From: Bryobacteraceae bacterium
GTDB taxonomy: Bacteria; Acidobacteriota; Terriglobia; Bryobacterales; Bryobacteraceae
Direction of reading: 5' to 3'
Length of the DNA stretch: 64,000 bases
Assembly: GCA_035509055.1 (NCBI GenBank)
Contig: DATJMA010000036.1
Location: forward strand, 17,850-81,849
The position numbers and the translations under genes were made by a program. A model generated the notes under the pieces. It did not search any database. It was not told the origin of the DNA and saw nothing but the letters and a program-made list of their open reading frames with translations. Below are positions 18,801-26,731 of this stretch, piece by piece (positions within the stretch are counted from its first letter, which is position 1; each line of letters opens with the position of its first letter).

Positions 18801-18886
18801 CGGGAGCCACTCCGCGACGCTTGGCCGCGTGGACCGCGGTGGCGCGCGTGATTCTGAATCTGGACGAGACGATTACCAAGGAATAA
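15809..18886 (+). CDS. PSCyt1 (planctomycete cytochrome c) + DUF1549/PSCyt2 + DUF1553/PSD1 protein
   Basis: Signal peptide, then CYGCHGSGQQMAGLRLD (PSCyt1 heme motif). WAFIPPVRP..NPIDAF (DUF1549 start). CAQCHNHKFDPLTQEEYY (conserved DUF1549/1553 motif). C-terminal ...LQALTTLNEPVFVEAA... 1025 aa. Confidence 0.85.
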   Translation: MPVNIKNVLLAGSVAALVFQWRAPAQDDSLGRQAQAILAESCYGCHGSGQQMAGLRLDTGVKAVVSPGNSAGSLLMKRVKGADGLERMPMGAPALSAEKLATLARWIDAGAVLPASARHWAFIPPVRPPVPATSRPEWVRNPIDAFVESRLDRDSLKPSPEADRAALLRRASLDITGLLPTPAELDRFLADSSPNAYEKQVDRLLASPHYGERWARVWLDAARYADSNGYEKDAPRLVWFYRDWVIDSLNRDMPYNEFVIEQVAGDLLPDATQSQRVATGFLRNSMVNEEGGIDPEQFRMEAMYDRIDAIGKGILGVTIQCAQCHNHKFDPLTQEEYYRIFAFLNNTNESDIVVYTPAEQSKREEILRRTAEIEAGLQRRTPDWRERMAKWEEALPAQPAWRTLALTVDDISTGGERELPQQDGSMLSLGYAPTKHTVKFTATTGMERITAVRLELLMDPNLPAGGPGRSIHGTGALTEFRVEAASVEEPAKFTKVTIASATADVNPPETPLEAKFDDKSGNRRVTGPVQFAIDGRDDTAWGIDAGPGQRNQPRKAVFDFEKPVENAGGSTLNLYLKQDHGGWNSDDNQNNNLGRIRLSVTDAPGAVADPLPDAVRAILKTPRAQRTAEQQQTVFRYWRTTVPEWKAENGAIAQLWREYPEGSRQLVLAERTEDPRVTHILKRGDFLQPGRAVTPGVPSFLNPLPDGAPLNRLTFARWLVDRKSPTTARSLVNRVWQAYFGTGIVATVENLGTQAETPSNQELLDWLAVEFMDSGWSLKKLNRLIATSAAYRQSSNVTPELLTKDPDNRLIARGPRYRVDAEVVRDIALEASGLLTDKIGGPSVYPPAPSLLFEPPASYAHKTWNVAEGPDRYRRALYTFRFRSVPFPALQAFDAPNGEMACVRRARSNTPLQALTTLNEPVFVEAAQALAARTLKAGGTDRDRVAYAFRLCTSRVPTKAESDVLLSLLAKEDARLADGWLSAPDLAGLKPGAGSVPAGATPRRLAAWTAVARVILNLDETITKE

Positions 18887-18888
18887 AT

Positions 18889-20313
18889 ATGAGCTGCCAG
18901 GATCATCTCTATCGCGGAATGCAGCCGCGCGACGTCTCGCGCCGCTGGTTCTTCCAGCAGTGCGGCGTGGGCGTGGGGGCCGCGGCGCTAATGCAATTAC
19001 TGGCGGAAGCGGGGCACGCCGCGGACGATCCGCTGGCGCCGAAAGCCCCGCAGTTTCCAGCCCGGGCAAAGCACGTGATCTTCCTGTTCATGGCCGGCGC
19101 GCCCAGCCATCTGGAACTGTTCGACTACAAACCGCAGCTCGCCAAGTTCGATGGCACGCTGCCGCCGCCGGAGCTGCTGAAAGGCTATCGCGCGGCATTC
19201 ATCAACCCCAATTCCAAACTGCTCGGACCGAGATTTCGCTTCCGCAAACTCGGCAGGACGGAGACCGAATTGTCGGAACTGCTGCCCTTCCTGGGCGAAG
19301 TTGTGGATGACGTGGCGATTGTGAAATCCATGGTGACCGACGCATTCAACCACGCTCCGGGTCAATTACTCATGAACACCGGCACGATGCAGTTTGGACG
19401 GCCGAGCATGGGATCGTGGACGCTGTACGGACTCGGGTCGGAAACGCGCGATCTGCCGGGGTTCGTGGTGTTTAGCTCGGGGGCGAAAGGCCCGAGCGGC
19501 GGTGACAGTTGCTGGGGCAGCGGCTTCCTGCCGACGGTATACCAGGGTGTGGAATTCCGCACGGGCGGCGATCCGGTACTGTATCTGTCGAACCCTCCGG
19601 GCGTCGACCGGCAGCTGCAGCGCGATTCGCTGGACGCGCTGAAGCAGTTGAACCAGATGCGGCTCGACGCGACGGGCGATCCCGAAATCGCAACCCGTAT
19701 TAACTCGTTCGAAATGGCGTTCCGGATGCAAGCCGTGGCGCCCGATCTGATGGATATCGCGAAGGAGTCGAGAGAGACGCTGGAACTTTACGGCGCGGAG
19801 CCGGGAAAGGCATCGTTCGCGAACAATTGCCTGCTGGCGCGGCGCCTGGTGGAAAAAGGCGTGCGATTCGTGCAGCTCTATCACGAGGCGTGGGACCAGC
19901 ATTCGAATCTGGTGAAGGATCTACAGAAAAACTGCCTGGCAACCGATCGCGCCGCCGCCGCGCTCATCAAGGATCTCAAACGGCACGGATTGCTGGACGA
20001 AACTCTGGTAATTTGGGGCGGGGAATTCGGCCGCACGCCGATGGTGCAGGGCGGGTCGGACGGTCGCGATCATCATCCGAACGCGTTCACTATGTGGATG
20101 GCGGGCGGCGGCATCAAGGCGGGCGCGCGCATCGGCGAGACGGACGAATTGGGCTTCCAGGTGGCGAAAGACAAGGTCCACGTGCACGATCTCCACGCCA
20201 CGATGTTGAAGCTGCTGGGATTCGACCACACCCGGCTGACGTACAAATATCAGGGGCGAAATTTCAGGCTGACAGATGTGGCTGGCGAGGTGGTGGAGGG
20301 GCTGGTGGCGTAG
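18889..20313 (+). CDS. DUF1501 family protein (sulfatase/alkaline-phosphatase-like fold) with Tat signal
   Basis: The ATG at 18889 inside ORF 17740..20313 gives MSCQDHLYRGMQPRDVSRRWFFQQCGVGVGAAAL (twin-Arg). Also HVIFLFMAGAPSHLELFDYKP, GGEFGRTP, GRDHHP. Starts 2 nt after the upstream stop. Confidence 0.85.
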   Translation: MSCQDHLYRGMQPRDVSRRWFFQQCGVGVGAAALMQLLAEAGHAADDPLAPKAPQFPARAKHVIFLFMAGAPSHLELFDYKPQLAKFDGTLPPPELLKGYRAAFINPNSKLLGPRFRFRKLGRTETELSELLPFLGEVVDDVAIVKSMVTDAFNHAPGQLLMNTGTMQFGRPSMGSWTLYGLGSETRDLPGFVVFSSGAKGPSGGDSCWGSGFLPTVYQGVEFRTGGDPVLYLSNPPGVDRQLQRDSLDALKQLNQMRLDATGDPEIATRINSFEMAFRMQAVAPDLMDIAKESRETLELYGAEPGKASFANNCLLARRLVEKGVRFVQLYHEAWDQHSNLVKDLQKNCLATDRAAAALIKDLKRHGLLDETLVIWGGEFGRTPMVQGGSDGRDHHPNAFTMWMAGGGIKAGARIGETDELGFQVAKDKVHVHDLHATMLKLLGFDHTRLTYKYQGRNFRLTDVAGEVVEGLVA

Positions 20314-20869
20314 CTATCGGTCCTGGCAGGATCGGAATATTCCTTTTTGGCCACGGATGGACACGGATAACTACTTTGTTTCTGAATCTGTGTGCATCCG
20401 TGTTCGTCGCTATCGATCCCCGGGCCGAACTTCCGCTCCTACCGATTGGTGAATCTGACGGAACCACTCTGAAACGGCGGCGGCCGTCGATTCGATAAAT
20501 ATTGAAGTCGGCGTGATCTACAGTGAAAATCGTGGACTGGGCCTCACGCCTAGCAAGGTGGACAAGGGTGGCGTCCGCAAAATCCATTGGGCGGTCGGCA
20601 TAGCGGGACATCAGAGCATGTACTTGCGGCAACTCCGAATGCTCGCTTGTAGCCACAAAAATAGCGCCAGAACGGCGGAAGCGCCATGCAGTTTCCATCT
20701 CATGCCGGCTTTCCCCTACGAGATGAAAGAGCTCCGTGAGTACCGCTTGGGATGAAACCAGCGGTAGCCGCAACTGCTCGAACGTCCTCGCGCAGACGCT
20801 GTGCCAGTGGTCGGTGCGATCCAGCAACGCTAGAATCGCGCCGGCATCGATTAGAGCGTTATCGCTCAT
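20264..20869 (-). CDS. PIN-domain toxin (VapC-like) with about 64-aa non-homologous C-terminal read-through tail
   Basis: MSDNALIDAGAILALLD (Asp1), VLTELFHL (Glu), PMDFADATLVHLA (Asp), IFTVDHADF (Asp). The PIN fold ends near ...RRRFRVVP. The ORF continues without a stop through a hairpin element and overlaps the DUF1501 3' end by 50 nt. Confidence 0.75.
   Translation of the reverse strand: MSDNALIDAGAILALLDRTDHWHSVCARTFEQLRLPLVSSQAVLTELFHLVGESRHEMETAWRFRRSGAIFVATSEHSELPQVHALMSRYADRPMDFADATLVHLARREAQSTIFTVDHADFNIYRIDGRRRFRVVPSDSPIGRSGSSARGSIATNTDAHRFRNKVVIRVHPWPKRNIPILPGPIATPPAPPPPRQPHLSA
20352..20405. repeat. REP-like hairpin element (ACGGAT direct repeats; 10-bp stem GGACACGGAT/ATCCGTGTTC with one G-U, 27-nt loop)
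   Basis: The plus strand reads ccACGGATggACACGGATaactactttgtttctgaatctgtgtgcATCCGTGTtc. It translates on the minus strand to NTDAHRF..VIRVHPW. Confidence 0.5.
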
Positions 20870-21138
20870 CGCGCTGCCGCAATCGCTCGCGCACTGCTCT
20901 TCGCACATTCTCCGCCCGGTGCGCATTGCCGCTGGCTATAGCTCCGAGGCATCGTGACGCCTCTCTGCGGATTCGAAGCTGTTCGGCTTCGAAACCGGAG
21001 TCCGCGCTGCTCCTGCTCAGCCAATCGCGAGCGGCCTCATCGGGCAGGGCCCCAATCGTCGTCTTTCGGCGGCGCTTCGCGCTCCAGTCCGGTCTTTAGC
21101 TCAGTGGAAAGGCGCCAGCTATAGACTTCGGGCTTCAT
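20859..21138 (-). pseudogene. frameshifted RHH/VapB-like antitoxin upstream of the PIN toxin
   Basis: The ATG at 21138 gives MKPEVYSWRLSTELKTGLEREA, then PPKDDDWGPAR*. The +1 frame continues RRKTTIGALPDEAARDWLSRSSADSGFEAEQLRIRREASRCLGAIASGNAHRAENVRRAVRERLRQRDER*. Its stop overlaps the PIN ATG by 11 nt. The span is 280 nt, not a multiple of 3. Confidence 0.55.
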
Positions 21139-21234
21139 GCACTAAATTGTGGTGCAACGGGTAAGGTTACTTCGAATCCTTTCGCCAGTCGTCGGACCGT
21201 GGCGCGCGACGTGGACATCGTAGCGCTGCTTACT

Positions 21235-23730
21235 CTACAACCCGCGCAGCGTAGTGTTCGGATCGATGTGCGTCGCTCGGATTGCCGGGATGTACGCGGC
21301 GATCAGGCCAACCAGCGCGAGGAATAGCGCGGCGCCACCGAAAATCGTGGGGTCGGTCGCGCTGACTTTCACCAGCAATCCGGCCGCGGCATGGGTGAGG
21401 GTGGCGGCGATGAGGATTCCTGCGGCAATGCCCGCAAGCACGATGCCCATGGCCTGACGGACGACGAGGGCGAGCACATCGCGGGGCTTGGCGCCGAGCG
21501 CCATACGAATGCCGATTTCCTGTATGCGCTGACTGATGGAGTAGGCCATGACGCAATACAGACCGACGGCGGCCAGACCGAGTGCCAGCGCGCCGAGCAT
21601 GCCGAGCAGAGACGCCGCAATCTTTTGCGCGAAGAGCGAGGCGCTGATGTACTCGGTGAGCGGCGTGGCGTCGAACACGGCCACGTTCGGGTCCATCTGC
21701 CGCACCGCGCGCTGGAGTGCCGCCAATGCGGTATTCGGATCGCCGGCCGTGCGCGCGTAGAACGCGATGGACAGATCTTCGCGATAAACCTGCCGGAACG
21801 GCACGTAGAACAATGCGCGCTGATCTTCATTGGGAAGGTGATACCGGGTATCCTTCACTACCCCCACGACGGTGAACCACTTTCCCCATCCATGCACCTT
21901 CCGGCCTATGGGATTGGCCGAGCCAAAGAAGTGCTTGACGAAGCGCTGGTTGACGATCATGACCGGATTCGATTTCTGATCGTCGAGCTCGGTGAAATCG
22001 CGGCCATCCAATTTAGGAATGCGCATGACATCGAAGTATCCGGGAGACACCACCGTGCGATAGATTTTCATGTTCTCGGCGGGTCCGGGGGTGTACCCCT
22101 CTACGTCCAGGTCTTCCCAAGAACCGTCGGCGAAGCCGAGAGGGATGTAGTCGGCGTAACTGACTGCCGCGATCCCGGGCTGCGATTCGAGATTCTGGCG
22201 CAGGCGAACACAGAAATTGATGCGATCAGGTACCTTGTAACCCGCACTCGAAAGATTCAAGTGCGAAACCAGAACTCCACGCGGGTCGAAGCCAGGATCG
22301 ATCTGGCGCGCAAACTGAAAACTGCGGGCGAAAAGGCCGGCGCCGATGAGCGCAACCAGAGCCAGGGCGACTTCGGAGACCACCAGCAGGTTGCGAATGC
22401 GTAGCGAGGGCGCACCCGACGTGCCGCTGCGTCCGCCCTCTTTCAGCGCGGTATTGATATCGATTCGCGCTACCTGGAGTGCGGGAGCCATCCCCGAAAC
22501 GATGCTGGCAACCAGGCACACGATCATCGTGAAGGCTAGGATTTGCCAGTTCATTACAACGTCGAAGGTGATGGGAAGCCCGCTTTGCGGAACCAGGTAT
22601 GCGAGCGACCGGCTCATCCAGAGCGCGAGCGGAATGCCGGCCAGAGTCGCGAGACCCGCCAAAAGGAGATTTTCGGTGAAAAGCTGGCGGGCCAGTCGCA
22701 GACGGCGCCCGCCAAGCGCGAGACGCAATCCGTATTCTTTGTGCCGCGATGCCGCCCGGGCAAGAAGCAGGTTGGCGACATTCGCGCAGACGATCACGAG
22801 GACTACTCCGCAGACGGCCATGAGGATCCGCAGCGGAGCCCCCATTACGCTCTGTACGCCGAAGTGGCCGGCAGACACAGGCAGCATGGCGGCCCCTATG
22901 CCTTGGTTGGTACCGGCATTGTCCTTTGCGATTTGCCTCGCGACGGACTGAGCCTCCGCGGTCGCTCCGCTGGCGGTGGTGCCGGGCTTCAGCCGCGCGA
23001 TAGCTACGAACTCGCGCGATTTGCGATCGCGCAGCATCCAATCGGGCATCGCGTTCAGTTGCGCGGCCATCACCGCGGGAACCCACAAATCAAAGGAGAG
23101 GCCTGAGATGGACCCGCGAAAATTCGCGGGCGCGACACCGACAATTGTGAGTTGCTGCCGGTTCACGCGGATGGTGCGGCCGAGAACGGACGGATCGCGC
23201 TGAAAGCGGCGGTTCCAGAGAGTCTCACCGATGACGGCCACGGGGTAGGCGCCCTCCGCATCGCCATACTCCTGAGGCGAAAACGTGCGGCCCAGAATCG
23301 GCTTCACGCCTAGCACCGCGAAATAATTCCCGGAGACCAGTTCGCCGAACACGCGCTCGGCGTGCTCATCGTCTCCTACACTGAAGGCGCTGGGAGCGGC
23401 GAGGGCGAGGCCAGAAACGAGGGTCAAGTGATCGCGATAATCGCGATAGTCCGGGTAAGAAGTGGTGATGAATTCGCCGTTGGGTGCGGTGTTTTCGAAC
23501 GAAACGAGCCGATCGCCATCCGCCACACCCGGCAGCGGGTTCAGTAGCACCATCTCGATCCAACTGAAGACGGCGGTGCTGGAAGCGATTCCGATGGCTA
23601 GCATGAGCACGGCCAGGATGGTGAAGCCGGGGCTTTTGCGAAGCTTGCGAAAGCCGTAACGAACATCCTGATAGAGGCTATTCACAGGGTTGCTGCGGGG
23701 CAATTGTGATGCCAGCGGGAAAGACACCAA
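21235..23730 (-). CDS. MacB-like duplicated FtsX permease (ADOP family), paralog 2
   Basis: NSLYQDVRYGFRKLRKSPGFTILAVLMLAIGIASSTAVFSWIE..., C-terminal IPAIRATHIDPNTTLR. GTG start at 23730. An in-frame GTG at 23685 (MNSLYQDVRYGF) fits the family N-terminus better. Confidence 0.85.
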   Translation of the reverse strand: MVSFPLASQLPRSNPVNSLYQDVRYGFRKLRKSPGFTILAVLMLAIGIASSTAVFSWIEMVLLNPLPGVADGDRLVSFENTAPNGEFITTSYPDYRDYRDHLTLVSGLALAAPSAFSVGDDEHAERVFGELVSGNYFAVLGVKPILGRTFSPQEYGDAEGAYPVAVIGETLWNRRFQRDPSVLGRTIRVNRQQLTIVGVAPANFRGSISGLSFDLWVPAVMAAQLNAMPDWMLRDRKSREFVAIARLKPGTTASGATAEAQSVARQIAKDNAGTNQGIGAAMLPVSAGHFGVQSVMGAPLRILMAVCGVVLVIVCANVANLLLARAASRHKEYGLRLALGGRRLRLARQLFTENLLLAGLATLAGIPLALWMSRSLAYLVPQSGLPITFDVVMNWQILAFTMIVCLVASIVSGMAPALQVARIDINTALKEGGRSGTSGAPSLRIRNLLVVSEVALALVALIGAGLFARSFQFARQIDPGFDPRGVLVSHLNLSSAGYKVPDRINFCVRLRQNLESQPGIAAVSYADYIPLGFADGSWEDLDVEGYTPGPAENMKIYRTVVSPGYFDVMRIPKLDGRDFTELDDQKSNPVMIVNQRFVKHFFGSANPIGRKVHGWGKWFTVVGVVKDTRYHLPNEDQRALFYVPFRQVYREDLSIAFYARTAGDPNTALAALQRAVRQMDPNVAVFDATPLTEYISASLFAQKIAASLLGMLGALALGLAAVGLYCVMAYSISQRIQEIGIRMALGAKPRDVLALVVRQAMGIVLAGIAAGILIAATLTHAAAGLLVKVSATDPTIFGGAALFLALVGLIAAYIPAIRATHIDPNTTLRGL

Positions 23731-23825
23731 TCCCAGGAGTTTGCGACTCCGCAGTGCGCCGCACGACTGTCCGGCTGTGGGACGGAGCGTCCGGAATCGA
23801 TAGGATCAGTTCCACAATATCGGGT

Positions 23826-25199
23826 TCATTTCAACTCCACCAGCTTCCCGTCCTGGAACGTGAAGACGTAATCCGTCTTCGCCAATTCCTCCGGCGTCAG
23901 CGGACCGTGGCGTGCGACGTGGATGTCCAGACTATGATCGTGGAACCAGAGTTCCGCGACAAAGAGCATGTCCCAGGTATGGAAGGGGTCGTCGAGGAAT
24001 GCCACCTTGCTCGCGGGACGCACCTGGGGATCGAGCGAGCGGAATTGCTGGATGACATCCCAGCTTTCCCGGCCGAGCGCGGCCATCTCTGGCGCGGCAT
24101 GCGTCCGCTTGTAATCCCGATTCTCGCGCCCCCAAAGCAAGATCGCGAAAGCCACGAGGAGCGCGAGAACTCCGCTGTGTCCAAGCCTTCGCCCCCACGG
24201 CTCGCGCTCCAGCACGCGCGCCAATGCGCCGGCGAGGTCGACGAAAACCACGGCGCCGAAGATCGCCCAGCCGACCATCGGGATGTAGAGACACGCCTGA
24301 CTCTTTCCCACAAGGAACTCAATCGGCAGCGGCGTGAGCAGCATGAACCACCAGAGGAATCGCAGCACGGGACGATCGCGGCGCCACGCCAGGTACGCCA
24401 GCACAGCCCAGAGGAGCACGATTCCGCCCCATCCCGATCCCCATCCGAAAAGCAGATCGCCGAGCGAAAGACGCTGGAAATCGCGGATGCGGCGCAGGGC
24501 GAAGACGGGATGGTATGCCTCGGCGTTTACCATCGCTTCGGGTCCGAAAACTTTGCCGAAGACATCGACCGTTGTGAGCGCGGCGCATAAAAGGATGGCG
24601 CGCGTGGGTCCGCGGCGGTGGTAGATCCACTCGTATATGGCCAACACGAGCGGGATTGTGACCGCCATTTCTTTCGAGTTGAGCGCGCACAGGTCGAGCG
24701 CCAGGAACAGCGCGATGCGCGCCGCGCCGGGCGACTCGCGCACGCGCAGGTAGTAGAGAAACGCTGCGAGATAGAAAAAGCAGCACAGCGCATCGTAGAC
24801 GAACGCTGCGTTGTAATAGAGATTGTGCAGCCCGGCATGATAAGCCACCACGAGCGCAGCTAGTCCCGCCGATAATTCGCAGGCGCCCAGGCGCAGCGCA
24901 AGCCGGTAAACCAGCCACACGTTCACCAGCAGGATGGCGAGCAGCGCGGCCTGGTACGGAACGGGATTGAGACCCGCGAACGTCAGAATCGGGACGTAGA
25001 ACAGGCCGCCCATGGGGCGATAATCGCCGTGCCAGATAGTGAATTGCGAAATGGCGAGAGCGAGCGGCCCACCGCGCCAATAGTGGGCGATGTTGCCGAT
25101 GTCGTCCAAGGCAAAGTGAACGCGCAGGCCATCGTGCGTGAAGTAAACAAACCAGGCCAGCACGAAGGCGGCGAAAGCGAGCCTGCGCCAGCGGTCCAT
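23826..25199 (-). CDS. polytopic membrane protein, GT-C-like (PMT/ArnT-type) glycosyltransferase candidate
   Basis: 457 aa with more than 10 hydrophobic segments. An acidic DD motif in the first loop after TM1 (VHFALDDIGNIAHYW), as in GT39/GT83 enzymes. No family motif recognised beyond that. Confidence 0.55.
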   Translation of the reverse strand: MDRWRRLAFAAFVLAWFVYFTHDGLRVHFALDDIGNIAHYWRGGPLALAISQFTIWHGDYRPMGGLFYVPILTFAGLNPVPYQAALLAILLVNVWLVYRLALRLGACELSAGLAALVVAYHAGLHNLYYNAAFVYDALCCFFYLAAFLYYLRVRESPGAARIALFLALDLCALNSKEMAVTIPLVLAIYEWIYHRRGPTRAILLCAALTTVDVFGKVFGPEAMVNAEAYHPVFALRRIRDFQRLSLGDLLFGWGSGWGGIVLLWAVLAYLAWRRDRPVLRFLWWFMLLTPLPIEFLVGKSQACLYIPMVGWAIFGAVVFVDLAGALARVLEREPWGRRLGHSGVLALLVAFAILLWGRENRDYKRTHAAPEMAALGRESWDVIQQFRSLDPQVRPASKVAFLDDPFHTWDMLFVAELWFHDHSLDIHVARHGPLTPEELAKTDYVFTFQDGKLVELK

Positions 25200-25223
25200 C
25201 GATGCGTCGCGGAGCGCCGGGCG

Positions 25224-26567
25224 CTACTGGATCGGCTGTTTTTTGCGGGAGCGCGGCGAAGAGGCGCGCTTCTTCTGGCCGTCGGGCGATGCCGATTTTC
25301 TCGGCGCGCGCGGGCGGCGCTGCGGTTTGGGCGGCAGCTCGGGAAGCGGAATTTCACCGGTCGCGGTGGGCTGGCCGGGTACCAGCGGCTGCGGTTCGTC
25401 TTCCTCTTCTTCGGGCTCGGCTACCGGTTCCGGCGGAGCCGGCGCGGCGGGCGGATGGAATTCGGCGCCCAGGTAGACGGTGATTCCCTTCTCTTCGTCG
25501 GCCTGGATGCGCACCAGCCCCTTGTCCTGCGCGTAGTTCAGCAGCTCGTTGAACTCCTGGAAACCGTACTGGCTCAGGTTGAAAGCGGGTTGTTCCTGAT
25601 GCACGAACTCGGAAAGCTCGTCGGCGGACACGCCGTTGTCGATGTCCATGCGATGGACCTCGAGCACGTCGCGCAGCAGCGGGATGGCTTCTTCGGGTTT
25701 GGCGCCGGGCTTCTCGGGCGTCGCGCCGCCCTTCATACGGATCATGTAACGGCCTTCGCCGCCGGTGACCTCGACGTAATCGGCTTTCTGCAGCTTCTCC
25801 ACGAAATCGGTGAACGAATTGGCGCCATAGGCCTTTTCGTTGAACGTGGAATCGAGCTGCAGCATGGTGGACTTGAGAAGACCGAGCTGCGGGCGAACCT
25901 CCCGCCGTTCCAGCACGCCGAGCGCGCGCTCTACCAGCGGCATGGATTGCGCCAGGTCGAGAGCCACGCGCTTCTGCTGCTGGGGCCGCTGTTGCTGCGG
26001 TTGCTGCTGTTGCGGCGGTGGCGGTGGGGACGACTGCGGTTGTTGCGGTTGCTGTTGTTGCTGCTGGTGTTGCTGCTGATGGCCGCTGGAGCGGGGCCGG
26101 TCGTCGATGATCGATTCGTAGGCCACGAACTCGTGGCAATTCTTCTGCAAAATCGTGCTGGTGAAAGCACGCCCGCCCACCACGAAAATGCGTTTGTCAT
26201 ACTGCTTTAATTTGTTGACCAGCGCGATGAAGTCACTGTCGCCACTGACAATCGCGAAGGCATTAATGTGATCGTGCGTGAAGGCCATCTCCAGCGCATC
26301 GAGCGCCAGGTTGATGTCGGCGCCATTCTTGTCGCCGCGGGGCGAGGGATCGCGCTGTACCATCTGTACGGCGTGCTCGGAAAGCGCGCGAGTGGCCGAT
26401 TCCTGCCTGCCCCAGTTCGCATAAGCGAACTTGGTGACGATTTCGCCCCGTTCCTTCAGCGCGTCCAACACGGCCGCGACATCGAATTCGCGGTGCAGGG
26501 TGGACTTGACGCCGATTTCGATATTGTCAAAATCGATGAACACGGCGATCTTGAGTTTTTGTTCCAT
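25224..26567 (-). CDS. NYN (LabA-like PIN nuclease) domain + two OST-HTH/LOTUS domains, poly-Q/P linker
   Basis: ATG at 26567 (AAGGA 8 nt upstream): MEQKLKIAVFIDFDNIEIG...NGADINLALDALEMAF...AIVSGDSDFIALVNKLKQYDKRIFVVG (NYN). Then QQQHQQQQQQPQQPQSSPPPPPQQQQPQQQRPQQQK. Then two LOTUS-like segments (..FNEKAYGANSFTDFVEKL.., ..FNLSQYGFQEFNELLNYAQ..). Basic tail. Confidence 0.8.
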   Translation of the reverse strand: MEQKLKIAVFIDFDNIEIGVKSTLHREFDVAAVLDALKERGEIVTKFAYANWGRQESATRALSEHAVQMVQRDPSPRGDKNGADINLALDALEMAFTHDHINAFAIVSGDSDFIALVNKLKQYDKRIFVVGGRAFTSTILQKNCHEFVAYESIIDDRPRSSGHQQQHQQQQQQPQQPQSSPPPPPQQQQPQQQRPQQQKRVALDLAQSMPLVERALGVLERREVRPQLGLLKSTMLQLDSTFNEKAYGANSFTDFVEKLQKADYVEVTGGEGRYMIRMKGGATPEKPGAKPEEAIPLLRDVLEVHRMDIDNGVSADELSEFVHQEQPAFNLSQYGFQEFNELLNYAQDKGLVRIQADEEKGITVYLGAEFHPPAAPAPPEPVAEPEEEEDEPQPLVPGQPTATGEIPLPELPPKPQRRPRAPRKSASPDGQKKRASSPRSRKKQPIQ

Positions 26568-26731
26568 TTTGAAATCCTTACGTTCGGCAAATGGTGCGAA
26601 GGGCCGTTTGGCCCGCCGCGCCGGAAATTTCACAAGCTCACTTTCGGACGCGCCGTCCGCTGGTGATCGAGTTACGGTTTCTCGCCTCATGCGTAGTTTA
26701 TCCTAAATTGACGAACGGTATAAGCCTTTTC

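Noticed and set aside
17740-18888. N-terminal 383 aa of ORF 17740..20313, which would make an 857-aa DUF1501 protein
   Set aside because: This part overlaps the DUF1553 gene in another frame and is Arg/Gly/Ala junk. The Tat signal and family homology begin at the ATG at 18889.
21097-21190. tRNA-like motifs TAGCTCAGTGG (21097) and TTCGAATCC (21171) on the plus strand
   Set aside because: The spacing (74 nt) is wrong for a tRNA. No D-stem (GCTC/GGCG does not pair) or acceptor-stem pairing could be built. The first motif lies inside the antitoxin coding sequence (complement of ..STELK..). Probably coincidence; a tRNA remnant or att site cannot be fully excluded without a covariance-model scan.
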